Assembly: GCA_021809755.1 (NCBI GenBank)
Contig: JAJZJZ010000001.1
Location: 24,204-88,203 of the forward strand
DNA from: Thermoplasmata archaeon
GTDB taxonomy: Archaea; Thermoplasmatota; Thermoplasmata; Thermoplasmatales; Thermoplasmataceae
Reading direction: 5' to 3'
DNA length: 64,000 bases
Shown here piece by piece: positions 10,778 to 21,169 of this stretch. The position numbers and the translations under genes were made by a program. Each line of letters starts with the position of its first letter. Within the stretch, counting starts at the first letter, position 1. The notes beneath the pieces are model-generated. The model was not told the DNA's origin, ran no database searches, and saw nothing but the letters and a program-made list of their open reading frames with translations.

Positions 10778-11530
10778 TCAGGCCAGTTGCATAACTTGAG
10801 ATGTGTATGCCAGGGGTGTGGTAAAGTCGATCTGAGCAGCTGCCCCTACTTGTGGAACTATAGATCCAGTAATCAATGTACCAGGCTTTATTCCAGATCC
10901 CTTAGCGAGGGAAAATACAGCTGTAACATTGATTAGTATAGCAACCTGATCTCCCTGTGTCAGAACAGGATAATTGCTGACGAAGCTGCCTGAGACATCC
11001 TTGAGGACCAGAATTCCAAATTGGGCTTTTCCAGCTACTGAAAGTTTATTTACGTATGTCTTAGCAAACAGGTTTGTTGTTCCTGAGGTACCAGTTGAGG
11101 AGGTATTTGCCACATTATTGTATGCTAAATCATCGTATGTTAAAATAGCAGTCATATTAGCGTACGTTAGAGAGATTGTTGTGTTAGCGAGGTTTATATC
11201 ACCACTCCCTGAGTTAGGTTGCACTATTATGGCAATCACGTTTATTGCTCCTGATTCAGGGGATCCTCCGGCTGAGTATGTATTATTTCCCCAAATTGAA
11301 TTAATGGTCAATCCGGTTGAGACCTGGTTTGTGGTCTGGGTTCCAGTAGCTGTCGCACGGGTTTGTAGATTTCCAGCCGTTGTGACTAAAACAGCAGCTG
11401 CTACTGCCGCAACAAGAACCATTGCTATGAAAACAATTAGGGTTCCGATTCCGGTTTCCGCATTGCTGTCCGCCTTCAGGCTGAACAACTTATGGAGTTT
11501 TACAACTCCTCTTTTTATCACTTTATTCAA
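10778..11530 (-). CDS. flaB: Archaellin (archaeal flagellin) ArlB/FlaB
   Basis: Class III signal peptide then [30 protein letters not shown]; five N-x-S/T sequons; TTG start preceded by GGTG. Confidence 0.95.
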   Translation of the reverse strand: MNKVIKRGVVKLHKLFSLKADSNAETGIGTLIVFIAMVLVAAVAAAVLVTTAGNLQTRATATGTQTTNQVSTGLTINSIWGNNTYSAGGSPESGAINVIAIIVQPNSGSGDINLANTTISLTYANMTAILTYDDLAYNNVANTSSTGTSGTTNLFAKTYVNKLSVAGKAQFGILVLKDVSGSFVSNYPVLTQGDQVAILINVTAVFSLAKGSGIKPGTLITGSIVPQVGAAAQIDFTTPLAYTSQVMQLA

Positions 11531-11688
11531 GTAGACACCAAAACAAACATTGCAGAACGTCCTTTTATTGGTTTTTTGTATGAAGAAGCACTTTTTCTAT
11601 TGTATAAAGAGAGGTTTAAAGTAGTGTAAGGGGCAGTGTATGTGTTGAAGTTAGTTAGATTTGTAATTGTATATGCAAAAACTAAATC

Positions 11689-11717
11689 TTTATAAGTGTT
11701 CTAACATTTGTCAGACA
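11689..11717 (+). promoter_or_regulatory. TATA box plus two adjacent short palindromes upstream of the RHH gene
   Basis: TTTATAAG (11689-11696) followed by TGTTCTAACA and TGTCAGACA, ending 15 bp before ATG 11733. Confidence 0.45.
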
Positions 11718-11732
11718 TTAAAGAGGATTGTA

Positions 11733-12062
11733 ATGGGAGTTCCCTACAGAATAACGGTTAGAGTTTCGGAAGATACCATGTCAAAACTTGAGGAACTTGT
11801 GGAGAAGTTCAGGTACGAGAACGTTTCAGATATAGTTAGGAAAGCTATTGATGAGTTTGTGGAGAGAAACCTTGGAAAGGGTCCTGTAAAAAAGATTGAT
11901 TTAGAATTACCCAGAAAGTTGATTGAAGAACTGGGAAATGATATTGCTGAGGGGAATGCAGTTTCCATGGACGATCTTATTAGAGAAATCTTAAGGGAAC
12001 ACATGTCAGCTAAAATAAACAGCAAGTTAAAAGAAGTTTCCAGAGAGCATACTCACAGTTAA
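11733..12062 (+). CDS. Tandem ribbon-helix-helix (CopG/Arc/MetJ) DNA-binding protein
   Basis: Two RHH units (RITVRVSEDT...VSDIVRKAIDEF; KIDLELPRKL...SMDDLIREILRE); SD GAGG before ATG 11733. Confidence 0.85.
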   Translation: MGVPYRITVRVSEDTMSKLEELVEKFRYENVSDIVRKAIDEFVERNLGKGPVKKIDLELPRKLIEELGNDIAEGNAVSMDDLIREILREHMSAKINSKLKEVSREHTHS

Positions 12063-12083
12063 TATGTTTAGAGATGATTTTAA

Positions 12084-13679
12084 ATGGTTGTAATAAGGGC
12101 TTCAACTGAGTATGTTAGGAATATATTGGGAAGTGAGGTATTTGATAAAATCGAAGCATTCTCTAAGGTTATGGGTTATGAATATGAAGCAGGGGATGAA
12201 ATTAAAATTGAATTCAACCCGGATAGACCTGATTTATTTTCTTTTGTAACTCTTGGTGATGCCATAGGCAAATTTTATGGAATTAAAAGGAATGATGTTT
12301 ATAATTATACAGAAGGCAATATAGCAATATCGAATGAAAACAATAAGGCGGGTCGGCCATTTATTTATGCGTTCATTGCAAAAGGAAAGCAGATTGGTAA
12401 ATTTCTAAGCGATCTTATAGATTTCCACGAAAGCATTTCGGAAAACGTAGGCCGCAATAGAATAAAAGCGGCAGTGGGGCTTCATGATTATGATAAATTA
12501 CATTTTCCATTGAAATATGGGAAGAATGATCTCAATGTTAAATTCTGCCCATATGATGAAGATAAAGAAAGAAGCCTTGAGGAAATAGCAGTAACACATG
12601 AAAAAGGAAAGCTATTCATAGACTTGGCAAAGACTGGAAATCAGGTTTATGTATTGGAAGATGTGAATGGCATTATATCGGTACCACCTATGTTAAACAG
12701 CAGGAGAACCAGGATTAATAATGAAACAAAAAATTTTCTTATAGATATAACCGCAACTAACAAGGAATCTGGAAGAAAATTAATGCTCCTTTCCATGTAT
12801 TACTTTATTTCTCTTGGGTATGAGGTGATTGAGAATACCGGAATTTTGAACTCTGCGCCTTTTAGTCAGGGGTTTGAACCGTTCAGGTTGGAAAATATAA
12901 CCAAAATCGCGAAATCCATTGGTAATGAACTGGAAAATAAGGATATATATGAGTACCTAAAAAGAATGGGTTACAGAATCAAGAATGATAGTATTGGCAT
13001 ACCATTTTACCGAGTTGATGTTATGGGTTTTGTAGACTTGGTAGAGGATATATCCAAGGCCAGAGGATATGATAACATAACTGAAAAGGAGATACAGTTA
13101 AAATCATTTGGCTATGCAAATGAGCGCAATAAATTCAGCAATATTCTATCAGAAATAATGATCGGAATGGGCTTTCAGGAGATTATGTCTTTTTTTGTTA
13201 CTAATTCAAAGAATGTTGGTTTAGGAGATCAAAAGCAGGCTATAAACATATTGAACCCAAAGAGTCAAGATTTTTCCAAGTTGAGAAATAATATTTTCCC
13301 AGAGATGCTTGAATTTTTCCAGAGGAATGTTAGACGATCATATCCACAAAGAATATTTGAAATAGGAAGGGTTTTAGCAGAAGACACCGAAGTGGAGCAC
13401 CTATCATTTGCAATTGCAGATTCGAAAAACGGATACTCATACATAAAAGGGTATTTGGAAACTTTTCTAAAATCAATAACTTCCAAGGATTATTTCATAG
13501 AGAGTTCAAACTCTAACAGAGCAATTATTAAAGGGCGAGGCGGAATGATTTTACTTGATGAGATACCTGTTGGTTACATTGGTGAAATCCACCCAGAAAC
13601 GCTGACAAATTACGAGCTTGTAAACCCGGTTACTGTTGTGGAAATAGACCTTTACAAATTATACTCAGCCATTAGATAG
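12084..13679 (+). CDS. pheT: Phenylalanyl-tRNA synthetase beta subunit
   Basis: NPDRPDL, AAVGLHD, SVPPMLNS, YRVDVMGFVDLVED, GEIHPE. Confidence 0.95.
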   Translation: MVVIRASTEYVRNILGSEVFDKIEAFSKVMGYEYEAGDEIKIEFNPDRPDLFSFVTLGDAIGKFYGIKRNDVYNYTEGNIAISNENNKAGRPFIYAFIAKGKQIGKFLSDLIDFHESISENVGRNRIKAAVGLHDYDKLHFPLKYGKNDLNVKFCPYDEDKERSLEEIAVTHEKGKLFIDLAKTGNQVYVLEDVNGIISVPPMLNSRRTRINNETKNFLIDITATNKESGRKLMLLSMYYFISLGYEVIENTGILNSAPFSQGFEPFRLENITKIAKSIGNELENKDIYEYLKRMGYRIKNDSIGIPFYRVDVMGFVDLVEDISKARGYDNITEKEIQLKSFGYANERNKFSNILSEIMIGMGFQEIMSFFVTNSKNVGLGDQKQAINILNPKSQDFSKLRNNIFPEMLEFFQRNVRRSYPQRIFEIGRVLAEDTEVEHLSFAIADSKNGYSYIKGYLETFLKSITSKDYFIESSNSNRAIIKGRGGMILLDEIPVGYIGEIHPETLTNYELVNPVTVVEIDLYKLYSAIR

Positions 13680-14664
13680 GAAAAATTTCCTGTTTTTGAC
13701 CCTCGGTAAGATAGATTCCCAGCCTTTCAGAATCAATGGAAAATTTAGAATATTCATAAAAATAATGGTAAGAATCCAAACTCTTTATTATAACTGATTC
13801 TTCAAAATCCAGGAGTTGACAAATTGTGTCTTTGAACTTAATAGATTTATTTCCTTTTGATCTTAATTTTCCTACGTTTTGAATTTTATGAGCCAATCCA
13901 TTTTCCATTTTATAGAATGATTTAGCAAAAGTTATTACACAACATGGCAGGTCTAAAAGCATATCCTCGTATTTTGCCTTAATTTCGAGGTTATATTTCT
14001 TCAAAGCTATTGCTAAATATGGTTCCCATAGTGCAATGAGTCCTCCATATTTTAAAAAATATTCAATGTTTTTTTTCATATTTCCCATACTAACCATTTT
14101 TATATTTCGGTGAGAAGAAATATAAGCTTGAGCAAATTTTGCCATTGTACTTGTCTCTGAAACATAAAGTACATCATCTCCCGGGAGAGAAACTATAGCA
14201 GAACCGCCTGAGGCAACTGGGCAAACAATTGGATTTGCATAGATAAGAGAATTTAGTAACGAAGGGTAAAACGGAGCCATTACTATTTCCAGGAGTGATT
14301 GATTCAGATCTTGAAGAAGGTCTATGGTCGATTCATATACCCGTATAATCAACTCTTTTTGTTCTCTCTCCATAATTTCCATAATGTAAGAGAGGTGAAC
14401 AGCATATTCGGAAGAGCGGAGTATGCCTATTCTGACCTGATGATCTAAAGTCCCTGGATAATATTTAGGGAGCCATAAACGATTAATTTTACCAGAAACT
14501 TTTCTCACTTCTATTTTTCTTTCATTTTGAAGTTTTTTTAATGTTTCAGATATATATGAACGCGAAAACTTCAACTTCTTTTCTAGCTCTGCTTGAAGTA
14601 TACCATTTTGTTTTTCATTCGTTAGCAGTTTTATTATTTGTCCCATTAAATGATTAGGTTTCAT
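13672..14664 (-). CDS. Winged-HTH protein with C-terminal type-2 periplasmic-binding-like fold; putative ligand-responsive regulator
   Basis: N-terminal wHTH (GILQAELEKKLKFSRSYISETLKKL); then VRIGILRSSEY, ASGGS, LWEPY, PCC resembling SsuA/NMT1-type binding domains. Confidence 0.6.
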   Translation of the reverse strand: MKPNHLMGQIIKLLTNEKQNGILQAELEKKLKFSRSYISETLKKLQNERKIEVRKVSGKINRLWLPKYYPGTLDHQVRIGILRSSEYAVHLSYIMEIMEREQKELIIRVYESTIDLLQDLNQSLLEIVMAPFYPSLLNSLIYANPIVCPVASGGSAIVSLPGDDVLYVSETSTMAKFAQAYISSHRNIKMVSMGNMKKNIEYFLKYGGLIALWEPYLAIALKKYNLEIKAKYEDMLLDLPCCVITFAKSFYKMENGLAHKIQNVGKLRSKGNKSIKFKDTICQLLDFEESVIIKSLDSYHYFYEYSKFSIDSERLGIYLTEGQKQEIFPI

Positions 14665-14777
14665 CTTCTTCAGTCTATTTGTTCAGCAATAAATGCTTTT
14701 TCCTTAGTCATACTAACTATCAATCACTTAAGTTCTCTTCTTTAAATGTGGTGCAACAAGAAGAAAAAAAGCATTCA

Positions 14778-14801
14778 AGAATCTTCATATAGAAAGATTC
14801 T
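14778..14801. promoter_or_regulatory. Inverted repeat enclosing the putative aglB TATA element
   Basis: AGAATCTT-CATATAGA-AAGATTCT (perfect 8-bp arms) in the divergent intergenic region. Confidence 0.4.
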
Positions 14802-14827
14802 ATTAGCTTTTTCTAGGTAGTTAAGTA

Positions 14828-17800
14828 ATGGGTAAAATTCAAGTTCAATCAATACAGGGGCTCAAATCTTGGGTCTCTAGAAATTCAGAGCTTACCATAA
14901 TAGCAATGCTTGTTGCAATTTACTTATTTATAGGAAATTATTTTGCGTGGCAACAAGCGTTCGTTGGATTGGTAGCAAATGTGTCAGGGGGAAGTGATCC
15001 GTATTTCAATTATTATATAATTCAGCAAATTATAGCTACTGGGCATCTTTTAACTTACACGCAAGCTCTTAATTACCCCATAGGATCTGGAAATCCACGT
15101 AACCCATTCTTCCACGAACTGATCGTATTCATAGCTGAAATTCTCTCACCAGTACTTGGAGTTAAAACGGCAGCTTATTACGCTTTTATGGAGTTTGACG
15201 CCGTTTTTGGTGCATTACTTATAATACCTGTTTATCTTTTGGCAAAGGATGTCTTTGGTAAGAAGGTTGGGTTAATTTCTGCATTTGTTTATACTTTAAT
15301 ACCAAGTAATCTTAGCTCTGGTGTTCTGACTGATGGCAGGATGCACACGCCTGAACTTATCTTCGCATTCTTCGCAATATATTTCTTTGAGAAAGCTATG
15401 AGAATGTCTTCCAAAGAAAAAATCATTGAAAAGTTCACCGATATTAAATCCTATTATGGATCTATAATTAAGTATGTGAAAAACAACCTTTTATCAACTG
15501 AATATGCTATATTTGGCGCCATCTCTTATGGTGCACTAATGCTTTCTTGGCAAGGGGCAGCATACATCTTGGCAATAATTGCCATATATATAATTATACA
15601 ACTGATTTTCAACTTATTTATTAATCAAAATACTGGGTATGTAACGTTTATATCGATCATTTTTGTATCAATATCTTTTGCCATGGGTTATTATTATTAC
15701 TATGCTGCAAATAATGCACCAAGTATATGGTTTATACCTCCACTCTTCATAGGGTTAGGAGTTATTGCACTTTCTATACTCATTGGTATATTAGGCAGAA
15801 AGCCTTGGATTATCTCAATACCGTTACTCATCATTATTCTTGGCGGATTACTGGCAGCCGTCAGATTAGCGAGCCCTCACATCTTTAATGAAATTATCAG
15901 CGGTGAAGGATATTTCATAAAAACTAGGGTATATAGCACAATTGCTGAGGCTCAATCTCCACTTACTGCAGCTCCCCTTCTTAGTTCATATTTATCTGAA
16001 TTCGGAATTGGAATCTTCGCTATGGGTATGGGCGGAATTATCTATATGTTTTATCTGGCTTTCAAGGAAAAGAAAGATTCAATCATATTCATACTAGTCT
16101 TCTCACTCGTTTCTATATATATGAGCTTTGCTGCAGCTCGATTTAATGTAACGGCAGCACCTGCTTATGCGATTGGTACCGGAGCTCTTTTAATGTATAT
16201 TCTTGAAATATTAAAATTAAACAGAGGTTCTGAACAAAATTCAAGAAAGACCATGAAGCAGCGGAGGAGCGCCATTAAGGCCGATATTAAATGGCTTCAG
16301 GTTATTCTAGCCGTTGTCATATCATTAGGTTTAGTTCTGCCAGCTGGTCTGTCTATGATTTCAAATGGAATCCCAGCAAATAATGCAGAGCAGGTTAATC
16401 AGCAGATATACAATTCACTTCCATCCGCTTTAAGACCATATGCCTTCCAGGCAAACAGCACTGATTATATTGGAGGAACTGGTCTACTAATAACAAACAG
16501 CTCTTCCCCACTATCATCTTCTCTTGCATGGCTTTCAACCCAAAACACAAATGTTCCTTTGGACCAGAGGCCTGCATATGTATCATGGTGGGATTATGGG
16601 TTCCAGGAATTGTATCAGGGGCAACATCCCACAGTGGCAGACGATTTCCAGCAAGCTTATCAGGTTGCGGGTCAGATTTTGCTTGCTCAAAACCAGAGTC
16701 AGATAATTTCTCTTTTTGCAGCAAGACTTCTGGAGGCAGACTATATTGCTGCAGGAAATGGTCAATTTAGCTCTCAAGTTAACAATACTTTAGTTCAATA
16801 CTTGGGGCATAATGAAGCCAACCTAGTTCTTTCAATAGAACAGAACCCGTCAATGTTTTCATCATGGATTGGAAATAATCAGTCCATCTATGGCACTTTC
16901 ATAAAAGATATAGGTCCGGTTAACTCTTACTTTGCTTTGATTAAGGGGCAACTTTCATCAAAGTACTCAACTGCTACTATAGTTAATTTATATCAAGCCC
17001 TTGAAGAAGAAACAGGTTACCGGATATCATATATTCAAATAGATCACAGCTTGTTCCCTTTCAGCGGAAATAATCCTGGAATTTTCTATGCACCAGCATA
17101 TCTCACAGAGACTCCATCAGTAACAACCAGTTCCGGAGAGGTCATACCAACGAACTATTACAGTATTCAAGCAGTTACGTCCAACGGAACTTATAATGTA
17201 ACGTCACTACCAACAAATGTTCAACCAATAGGTTATGATATAACATACACACCTGCTTTTTATAATACATCAATTTACCGGTTCATGATTGGAATTCCTC
17301 CAAGCTCTGTTGGTCAAAGTAATGGAATTCCAGGAATTACGTTTGGACAAACAACCTATAGTTTACAGCCTGCTTACAATATGAGCCATTTTGAGATAAT
17401 GTATGAGTCTATTCCATATAATCCATATAAGAATTACTCTGCCCATCAAGATGCATGGACTCTTATACCTTTACAACAAGCATACAAATACGAAAAGGAG
17501 AATAAGGGGACAGAGATAATATTCCCACCCTCATATCAGATAACAGGTAGTGCTGATCCAATTGTGGAATATTTCCCTGGTGCAAAATTATATGGGCAAA
17601 TAACAACCCAGTCTGGAGTTCCTGTCAGTGGAGCATATGTAACTTTATTTGATCAGTATGGAATACCTCATGGATATACCAGAACCAACAGAAATGGATT
17701 CTATAACATATCTGCCGTTCCAGGGAACGACACACTATTTGTAACATCCGGCACATTCCTTCAGCAGTATCTTTCAGGTTCAAACACCATCAAAATTTTC

Positions 17801-20800
17801 AATGTTAATGTAAGCATGGATCAAGCTGAAAGAACTGATACTACATACAATATGACTACTGGTCTTCCAGGCTATTATATTGAAAACAATTATAAGATGA
17901 ATACGACGCCTATATCGGGGTTGGTAAATCTCTATTATCAGAAGGGTTATTATTCCAATTCTTCGGCCGACTTCATAGCTAAAAAAGTTCTCACTGGAAC
18001 CGTTCAGCTTTACAATTCCACTAACAATCTCACATTGACTGCACCAATTGTAAATGGTCAATATTCATTTAGCAATATCCCAGCATATTCATATACCGCA
18101 AACGTTATAGCAAATGGTACAACATACAGCAACGTAGAAACCCTCAATATTACATCTTCAACATCACCCGTTGTTTACGACCTCGATGTTAAATTGGACA
18201 CTATTTTTGCAACGATGAAAACAGGAGGGGTCCCCAATTCAGGTTATACAATAACAGCAAGGGGCTACAGTATCCAAACTAGTGCTGTTACTAACTCAAC
18301 TGGCGGTGCCACTCTTTATGTCCTTCCTGGGCAGTATAGTGTGTTTTCAGGGTATAAGGGATATAGTAGTTCAATAGAATCAGTTGTATTCGGTGCACTT
18401 GGTCAGAATCAGACTGTAAATTTATCAACCGCTGCTTCATTTGGATTAACTGTAAAAGTTGTTGGTTATTCTAACTTTAATAGTGTAAGAGCACTTTTTG
18501 ATGGAAATATGAATCAGTCTTATGAATTATCAAATATTGGAAATGGTTATTATTTCTCCAATCTGACCATAGGAACTTACACAATATATGCTGAAGGCAA
18601 CGGTTATGCCATATTGAATACAACAAATCTAAACTCAACGAAGATGATTTCAGTATACTCGGAAAGTGCAACTACAGTTAAACTCACCCCAATGATTGCA
18701 AACGCAACATTATTTTCAGGTGAAGTTTCTGTCACTTACAATTCAGGATTCATTTCAAGAGATTTCAACCAAAATGGGACATTTACTTTTAACATTCCGT
18801 CGGGTTTTGAATATGGGCTATCGGGTCAAGGCGTATTTGCTGGTAAAATTTACGCTTCAAATGGCATGAAATTTATTACATCAAACAGTCTTAATTACAT
18901 ATTCAAAATGGTAAATTCAACAGCTATAACAGTGCTTACTTATAACAAAGAACTTGGAGCATTTTCTTCAACATCTGCTTTTGGTTCCGGTGTTAGTGTT
19001 TTATACTTTGACAACACCCCAATTAGTATGTCAAGAATTTTGAGTGATGGTTACTCATCTCTCTATGTTCAGAGTTCATCCATGGTTGGTTATTCTATAA
19101 GGTCATATTCATCGGGCTTCGAATCGAGTATTATATCAGTAAGTGGACTTACAGTAAACGCAGGAATTAACCCACCAGCTTATGCTGTGAAAGTGCAAAT
19201 TCTTTTGAACAATAAGAGTTCAGCTAATTTGAACGGGACTTTAAAGATATTTGGAAATCAGAATTATACTGCTGTCATAACAAATGGTTTTGCCAATCTT
19301 TCATTGACACCAGGCATATACAGCATGTCAATAACCGGTTCCAATCAGGAAGTATACCTTTTCAGGAATATTCTCTCAGTCACTGCTACAAATCAGAGCA
19401 TATCCTTGAATGCTATCAGTAAGGTTATGGTTACTGTGCTCGGCTCTAAGACTATTGAACTTTTCAACGGGACTGGCACTAAATTTTCAGGTTCCGGTTA
19501 TGTTGTTCCGGGGATTTATACGATTTACTCAATCTCGAACAACGGAGGAGTAAACCTTACAAAATTAGACTTAAATGTAAATAGAACTATATCTCCAACT
19601 TATTCAACAGGATACATACTTACACTCAAAAACAGTATTGGTATCTCTGGAAATTACTATATAAAATCGAGTGTGGGCACTATTAAGACGTCCTTATCCT
19701 CATTTTTGATTCCGGCAGGTAAATACAGCATAACTTTTCAAAATAATCTGGTAAACAGCACAGGTTCATGGACAATAACAGGAACGACCAATCAACTAAT
19801 TAGTGGAAATTCTGTTGTTAATATATCTGTTACTCAAACGCCGTTCACTACGGATCTAACAGGTACGGTATCATTCGCTGGAGTTAACTCATCTCTCAGT
19901 TCAGTAGTATTGTATAGAAGTGGAATTATGTCTTATATATCTCATTCCAACACTCACGGTCTCTATTCCATGGCGGTAAAGAATGGGTCTTATACTATAT
20001 ATGCGTTTAACAACTTGACAGAGTCAGCATACATTGGAACAGTGGATATTTCACCATTCGAAAATATTGCAAATTTGAATATAACTATGACAACCGCATA
20101 CAAGACTTATTTTGCAGTAACTATGGGTACCTCAGTAATCAAAACCCCGGTAAATATCAGTTTATCCAATGAACTCATAATAGTAAATTCTACCTCTCCT
20201 GGTATCCTTCTACCGCAGGGTAACTTTACATTTACTGCCTCAACCAATACCACCATAAGTTCAAACAACTATTCTGAATCAATTTCCTATACTAACAGCA
20301 CTGTTATTGATATAGACACTGCAATGTCCGTGCAGCTTACCTTGCAGAAATTATACATATATAATTTGACTCTTACATTTGGGAAGATCCAAAACATTTC
20401 TTCAGGCTCTAGTTTCAATTATACACTATCAATTAGGAACAGGGGAAATTCCATGGTTAATGTATCCTTATCTTCTGGCTCGAGTGATTGGAATATAACA
20501 TTTGCCAAGAAGAATTTAAAACTCGGAATAAATCAGTCTTTAAATGTGAATGCATCGTTTAAAAACTCTACACTGGTCCCGGCTGGAAACAATTCAATTC
20601 CTATCCTCTTAAATTATCATTCTGGAACTATTACCGACTATGTAAATGTCAATATAACAAAATCTTATGGATTGAAATTGGAGTCAGTATACAATAAATA
20701 TGTAGTTTTTGATTCAGGTTACGGTTCAATTCTTGTAAAACTAGTAAATACAGGTAATACAAATGAGACAGCACACCTGACAATCGGGGACCTTTCAACT

Positions 20801-21169
20801 ATAAATCTATATAATTGGAATGTAACCATCACTTATAACGGGAAAAATGTAAGTGAAGTAAACTTGAGCTACAATCAGACCGCAACCATTTATGTAAAAC
20901 TAACACCTATCAGTGGTCAACACATATCCAGCCAAATATCACTAGTCCTGAATGGAACCGTTCAAGGAAAAGTCTATTCTATGCCTCCTCTTTCTGTTTC
21001 ATTCCCAAGTGTTCCTGGGCTAATGGCATATCCAAGCGGAAACAACCTAATAGCAAACTATACGGGTAATCCAGATAACACCCTTTTAACGGGCTCAATT
21101 ATATTGGTTATAATTATTATTGTAGGAATTGGTTCCACTGCAGTTGTTTCAAGGAGGAACAGGAAATGA
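14828..21169 (+). CDS. aglB: STT3-family oligosaccharyltransferase AglB with very long beta-rich glycoprotein extension and extra C-terminal TM anchor
   Basis: About 13 N-terminal TM helices, SDPY, TIAE (TIXE), SWWDYG, ADDFQ; about 1200 aa of Ser/Thr/Asn-rich beta repeats; terminal TM plus SRRNRK. Confidence 0.92.
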   Translation: MGKIQVQSIQGLKSWVSRNSELTIIAMLVAIYLFIGNYFAWQQAFVGLVANVSGGSDPYFNYYIIQQIIATGHLLTYTQALNYPIGSGNPRNPFFHELIVFIAEILSPVLGVKTAAYYAFMEFDAVFGALLIIPVYLLAKDVFGKKVGLISAFVYTLIPSNLSSGVLTDGRMHTPELIFAFFAIYFFEKAMRMSSKEKIIEKFTDIKSYYGSIIKYVKNNLLSTEYAIFGAISYGALMLSWQGAAYILAIIAIYIIIQLIFNLFINQNTGYVTFISIIFVSISFAMGYYYYYAANNAPSIWFIPPLFIGLGVIALSILIGILGRKPWIISIPLLIIILGGLLAAVRLASPHIFNEIISGEGYFIKTRVYSTIAEAQSPLTAAPLLSSYLSEFGIGIFAMGMGGIIYMFYLAFKEKKDSIIFILVFSLVSIYMSFAAARFNVTAAPAYAIGTGALLMYILEILKLNRGSEQNSRKTMKQRRSAIKADIKWLQVILAVVISLGLVLPAGLSMISNGIPANNAEQVNQQIYNSLPSALRPYAFQANSTDYIGGTGLLITNSSSPLSSSLAWLSTQNTNVPLDQRPAYVSWWDYGFQELYQGQHPTVADDFQQAYQVAGQILLAQNQSQIISLFAARLLEADYIAAGNGQFSSQVNNTLVQYLGHNEANLVLSIEQNPSMFSSWIGNNQSIYGTFIKDIGPVNSYFALIKGQLSSKYSTATIVNLYQALEEETGYRISYIQIDHSLFPFSGNNPGIFYAPAYLTETPSVTTSSGEVIPTNYYSIQAVTSNGTYNVTSLPTNVQPIGYDITYTPAFYNTSIYRFMIGIPPSSVGQSNGIPGITFGQTTYSLQPAYNMSHFEIMYESIPYNPYKNYSAHQDAWTLIPLQQAYKYEKENKGTEIIFPPSYQITGSADPIVEYFPGAKLYGQITTQSGVPVSGAYVTLFDQYGIPHGYTRTNRNGFYNISAVPGNDTLFVTSGTFLQQYLSGSNTIKIFNVNVSMDQAERTDTTYNMTTGLPGYYIENNYKMNTTPISGLVNLYYQKGYYSNSSADFIAKKVLTGTVQLYNSTNNLTLTAPIVNGQYSFSNIPAYSYTANVIANGTTYSNVETLNITSSTSPVVYDLDVKLDTIFATMKTGGVPNSGYTITARGYSIQTSAVTNSTGGATLYVLPGQYSVFSGYKGYSSSIESVVFGALGQNQTVNLSTAASFGLTVKVVGYSNFNSVRALFDGNMNQSYELSNIGNGYYFSNLTIGTYTIYAEGNGYAILNTTNLNSTKMISVYSESATTVKLTPMIANATLFSGEVSVTYNSGFISRDFNQNGTFTFNIPSGFEYGLSGQGVFAGKIYASNGMKFITSNSLNYIFKMVNSTAITVLTYNKELGAFSSTSAFGSGVSVLYFDNTPISMSRILSDGYSSLYVQSSSMVGYSIRSYSSGFESSIISVSGLTVNAGINPPAYAVKVQILLNNKSSANLNGTLKIFGNQNYTAVITNGFANLSLTPGIYSMSITGSNQEVYLFRNILSVTATNQSISLNAISKVMVTVLGSKTIELFNGTGTKFSGSGYVVPGIYTIYSISNNGGVNLTKLDLNVNRTISPTYSTGYILTLKNSIGISGNYYIKSSVGTIKTSLSSFLIPAGKYSITFQNNLVNSTGSWTITGTTNQLISGNSVVNISVTQTPFTTDLTGTVSFAGVNSSLSSVVLYRSGIMSYISHSNTHGLYSMAVKNGSYTIYAFNNLTESAYIGTVDISPFENIANLNITMTTAYKTYFAVTMGTSVIKTPVNISLSNELIIVNSTSPGILLPQGNFTFTASTNTTISSNNYSESISYTNSTVIDIDTAMSVQLTLQKLYIYNLTLTFGKIQNISSGSSFNYTLSIRNRGNSMVNVSLSSGSSDWNITFAKKNLKLGINQSLNVNASFKNSTLVPAGNNSIPILLNYHSGTITDYVNVNITKSYGLKLESVYNKYVVFDSGYGSILVKLVNTGNTNETAHLTIGDLSTINLYNWNVTITYNGKNVSEVNLSYNQTATIYVKLTPISGQHISSQISLVLNGTVQGKVYSMPPLSVSFPSVPGLMAYPSGNNLIANYTGNPDNTLLTGSIILVIIIIVGIGSTAVVSRRNRK

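Noticed and set aside
10974..11534. 186-aa plus-strand ORF
   Set aside because: Antisense shadow of flaB with no independent motifs.
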